Notes under the pieces: generated by a model
Told to the model about the DNA's origin: nothing
Seen by the model: the letters and a program-made list of their open reading frames with translations, nothing else
Database searches by the model: none
Program-made: the position numbers and the translations under genes
Shown: in pieces, positions 62,184 through 64,000 of the stretch
Layout of the letters: each line of letters opens with the position of its first letter
Numbering within the stretch: position 1 is the stretch's first letter
Assembly: GCA_963827775.1 (NCBI GenBank)
Contig: CAWHCI010000006.1
Location: 335,052-399,051, forward strand
Direction: 5' to 3'
Source of the DNA: an uncultured Acidimicrobiaceae bacterium
GTDB taxonomy: Bacteria; Actinomycetota; Acidimicrobiia; Acidimicrobiales; Ilumatobacteraceae
Length of the DNA: 64,000 nt

Positions 62184-62832
62184 CGCCGTGCTTGCCCCAC
62201 AGCACGATCTGGTGGGTGCGGAGCGCCGCGACGTTGGCGGCCATGAGCTCGTCCGAACCGGGGACCATGAAGTCGAGCACCGCGACTCCTTCGGGGAGCG
62301 CGACCATGAGCTCGGGCTCCCACCGGAGGATGCGGTGGTTCATGGTCGCCGGATCGCGGTAGTCGGGGATGTGGCTGAGGTAGGTGAGGTGGGGCGGTTG
62401 CGCGTGCACGACCGCGTGGAACACGCCGCCGAGCCGGCGCACATGGTCGTCGTGGACTGCGAGGTGCGAGTTGAGCTCGCTCGTCAGCCGTTCGAAGAGG
62501 CGCTGCGGAGCGGTGAGCAGGGTGGCGGTCGTGCCGCCGTCGTCGATGCTGAGCGCGCCGACGGCGGCCAGGGGGTCGGCCTTGATCTGGCGGAGTCGTC
62601 GCCCCGATCCCGTGACGAGCAGCACGCGCCCGGCGAGTGCCGGTGCTGCGAGCGGGAGCTCGATCCGTTCGCAGATCGGGAAGCGTCGTCGCAGCTCGAC
62701 GTCCCAGCCGAGGCACACCGAGATGTTGCCGGCGCCGGCCTCGCTGGCGTCGATGTCGCAGATGCGTCCGCCACCCTCACCCATGCTGGCGAGCAGCTCG
62801 TCGAGCTCCGGGTACGGTTCGGTCATCGGCAT
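62181..62832 (-). pseudogene. rhaD: Class II aldolase, rhamnulose-1-phosphate aldolase-like, C-terminally truncated
   Basis: EAGAGNIS, TGSG, TSELNSH, HAQP, RWEPE, PGS, LWGKHGV, then an abrupt switch into transposase antisense. Confidence 0.75.
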
Positions 62833-62834
62833 GG

Positions 62835-64000
62835 TCAGGCCTCCTTGGGCACGAGCCGGCGGAGTTGTGTGACGTGGCCGGGCTCGAGTTCGCCGATCGA
62901 CCGGACGCCGAGCAGCTTCATCGTGCGCACGATCTCGTCCGAGAGGATCTCGATCGCCCGGTCGACGCCGCGCCGACCACCCGCCATCAGCCCGTAGAGG
63001 TAGGCGCGGCCGACCATGGTGAACGAGGCACCCGACGCGATCGACGCGACGACGTCGGCGCCCGCCATGATCCCGGTGTCGACCCAGACCTCCACGTCGC
63101 CGGGCAACTCCCGCCGAACGGCCGGGAGCAGATGGAACGGGATCGGTGCCCGGTCGAGCTGGCGACCGCCGTGGTTCGACAGCATCACTGCGTCGACACC
63201 CAGATCGGCACACCGTTTGGCGTCGTCGAGCGTCTGCACGCCCTTGACCACCACCGGACCGGGCCAGCGGTCCTTGATCCAGGCCAGGTCGTCGTAGGTG
63301 ACCGTCGGGTCGAACATGGAATCGAGGAGCTCGGCGACGGTTCCGTCGAACTCCTTGAACGTGGAGAACCCCATCGGTTCGGTCGTGAGGAAGTCGAACC
63401 ACCACCGGACCTTCGGGATGGCGTTGAGCACGGTCCGGGCCGCGAGCGTCGGCGGCACCGTCAAGCCGTTGTAGCGGTCGCGCAGGCGGGCGCCGGCGAC
63501 CGGCACGTCGACGGTGGCGAGCAGGGTGTCGAACCCGGCCGCCGTGGCCCGGTCGAGGACGTCGATCGAGCGCTCCCGATCTCTCCACATGTAGAGTTGG
63601 AAGAAGTTCCGGCCGTTCGGGTTCGCCGCGGCGACCTCCTCAGGTGTGGCCGTGCCCACCGTCGACAGCGAGAACGGGATGCCGGCAGCTCCGGCCGCTG
63701 CAGCTCCCGCCTTCTCCCCTGCGGAGTGCATCATGCGCGTGAAACCGGTCGGCGCGATGCCGAACGGCAGTGACGACGGGCCGCCCGTGACCATCACCGA
63801 CGTGTCGACGTCGGACACATCGCGGAGGATCGCCGGCTGGAACTCGACGTCCTCGAAGGCCTGGCGGGCGCGGGCGAGCGACAGTTCGGCTTCGGCCGAA
63901 CCGTCGGTGTAGTCGAACGGCGCCGTCGGGGTGACCCGCTTCGCGATCCGGCGCAGGTCACCGATCGTCTGGGCCCCGGCGAGGCGCGCCCCGGTGCGGT
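62835..64000 (-). CDS. lldD: FMN-dependent alpha-hydroxy acid dehydrogenase (L-lactate dehydrogenase); 5' end beyond window
   Basis: [38 protein letters not shown]. Confidence 0.9.
   Translation of the reverse strand, partial: RTGARLAGAQTIGDLRRIAKRVTPTAPFDYTDGSAEAELSLARARQAFEDVEFQPAILRDVSDVDTSVMVTGGPSSLPFGIAPTGFTRMMHSAGEKAGAAAAGAAGIPFSLSTVGTATPEEVAAANPNGRNFFQLYMWRDRERSIDVLDRATAAGFDTLLATVDVPVAGARLRDRYNGLTVPPTLAARTVLNAIPKVRWWFDFLTTEPMGFSTFKEFDGTVAELLDSMFDPTVTYDDLAWIKDRWPGPVVVKGVQTLDDAKRCADLGVDAVMLSNHGGRQLDRAPIPFHLLPAVRRELPGDVEVWVDTGIMAGADVVASIASGASFTMVGRAYLYGLMAGGRRGVDRAIEILSDEIVRTMKLLGVRSIGELEPGHVTQLRRLVPKEA

Overview
GC-rich actinobacterial chromosome segment. Gene content suggests Acidimicrobiia/Ilumatobacter-like, which is an inference. 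Patchy single-base indels break many genes (about 1.5-5, 9.2-9.7, 12.6-19.8, 22.6, 27.5-27.8, 38-39 and 61-62 kb) and look like long-read consensus errors. Contents, left to right: a two-component system, an S4/Hsp15 protein, a DUF3516 helicase, and an OmpA/BON plus membrane glycosyltransferase-like operon. Next come a DUF3179 selenoprotein (in-frame TGA in a U-P-L-C motif followed by a SECIS hairpin) and a MarR-led kynurenine operon (nbaC-kynU-kmo-kynA) extended by an aldehyde dehydrogenase, a DHDPS-like enzyme and aspartate dehydrogenase. These are followed by two CYP153-like P450s with a TetR, a Baeyer-Villiger monooxygenase, tRNA-Val(TAC), and a SulP-STAS transporter fused to tandem SnoaL-like domains. 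Further right are a SulP-arylsulfatase-HAD-HdeD-YihY-methyltransferase-FGE operon, a tRNA 3' fragment (probable att site), a GH32/68-kinase-GH13_18 phosphorylase operon, and USP/ADH/malic enzyme genes. The window ends with a truncated IS1380 joined to a truncated rhamnulose-1-phosphate aldolase, and an FMN lactate dehydrogenase. Several small gene remnants are scattered throughout. The best leads are the selenoprotein, the SulP-SnoaL fusion, the kynurenine+NadX+DHDPS operon and the putative sucrose kinase/phosphorylase route. All family assignments come from motif recognition only; no database search was run.
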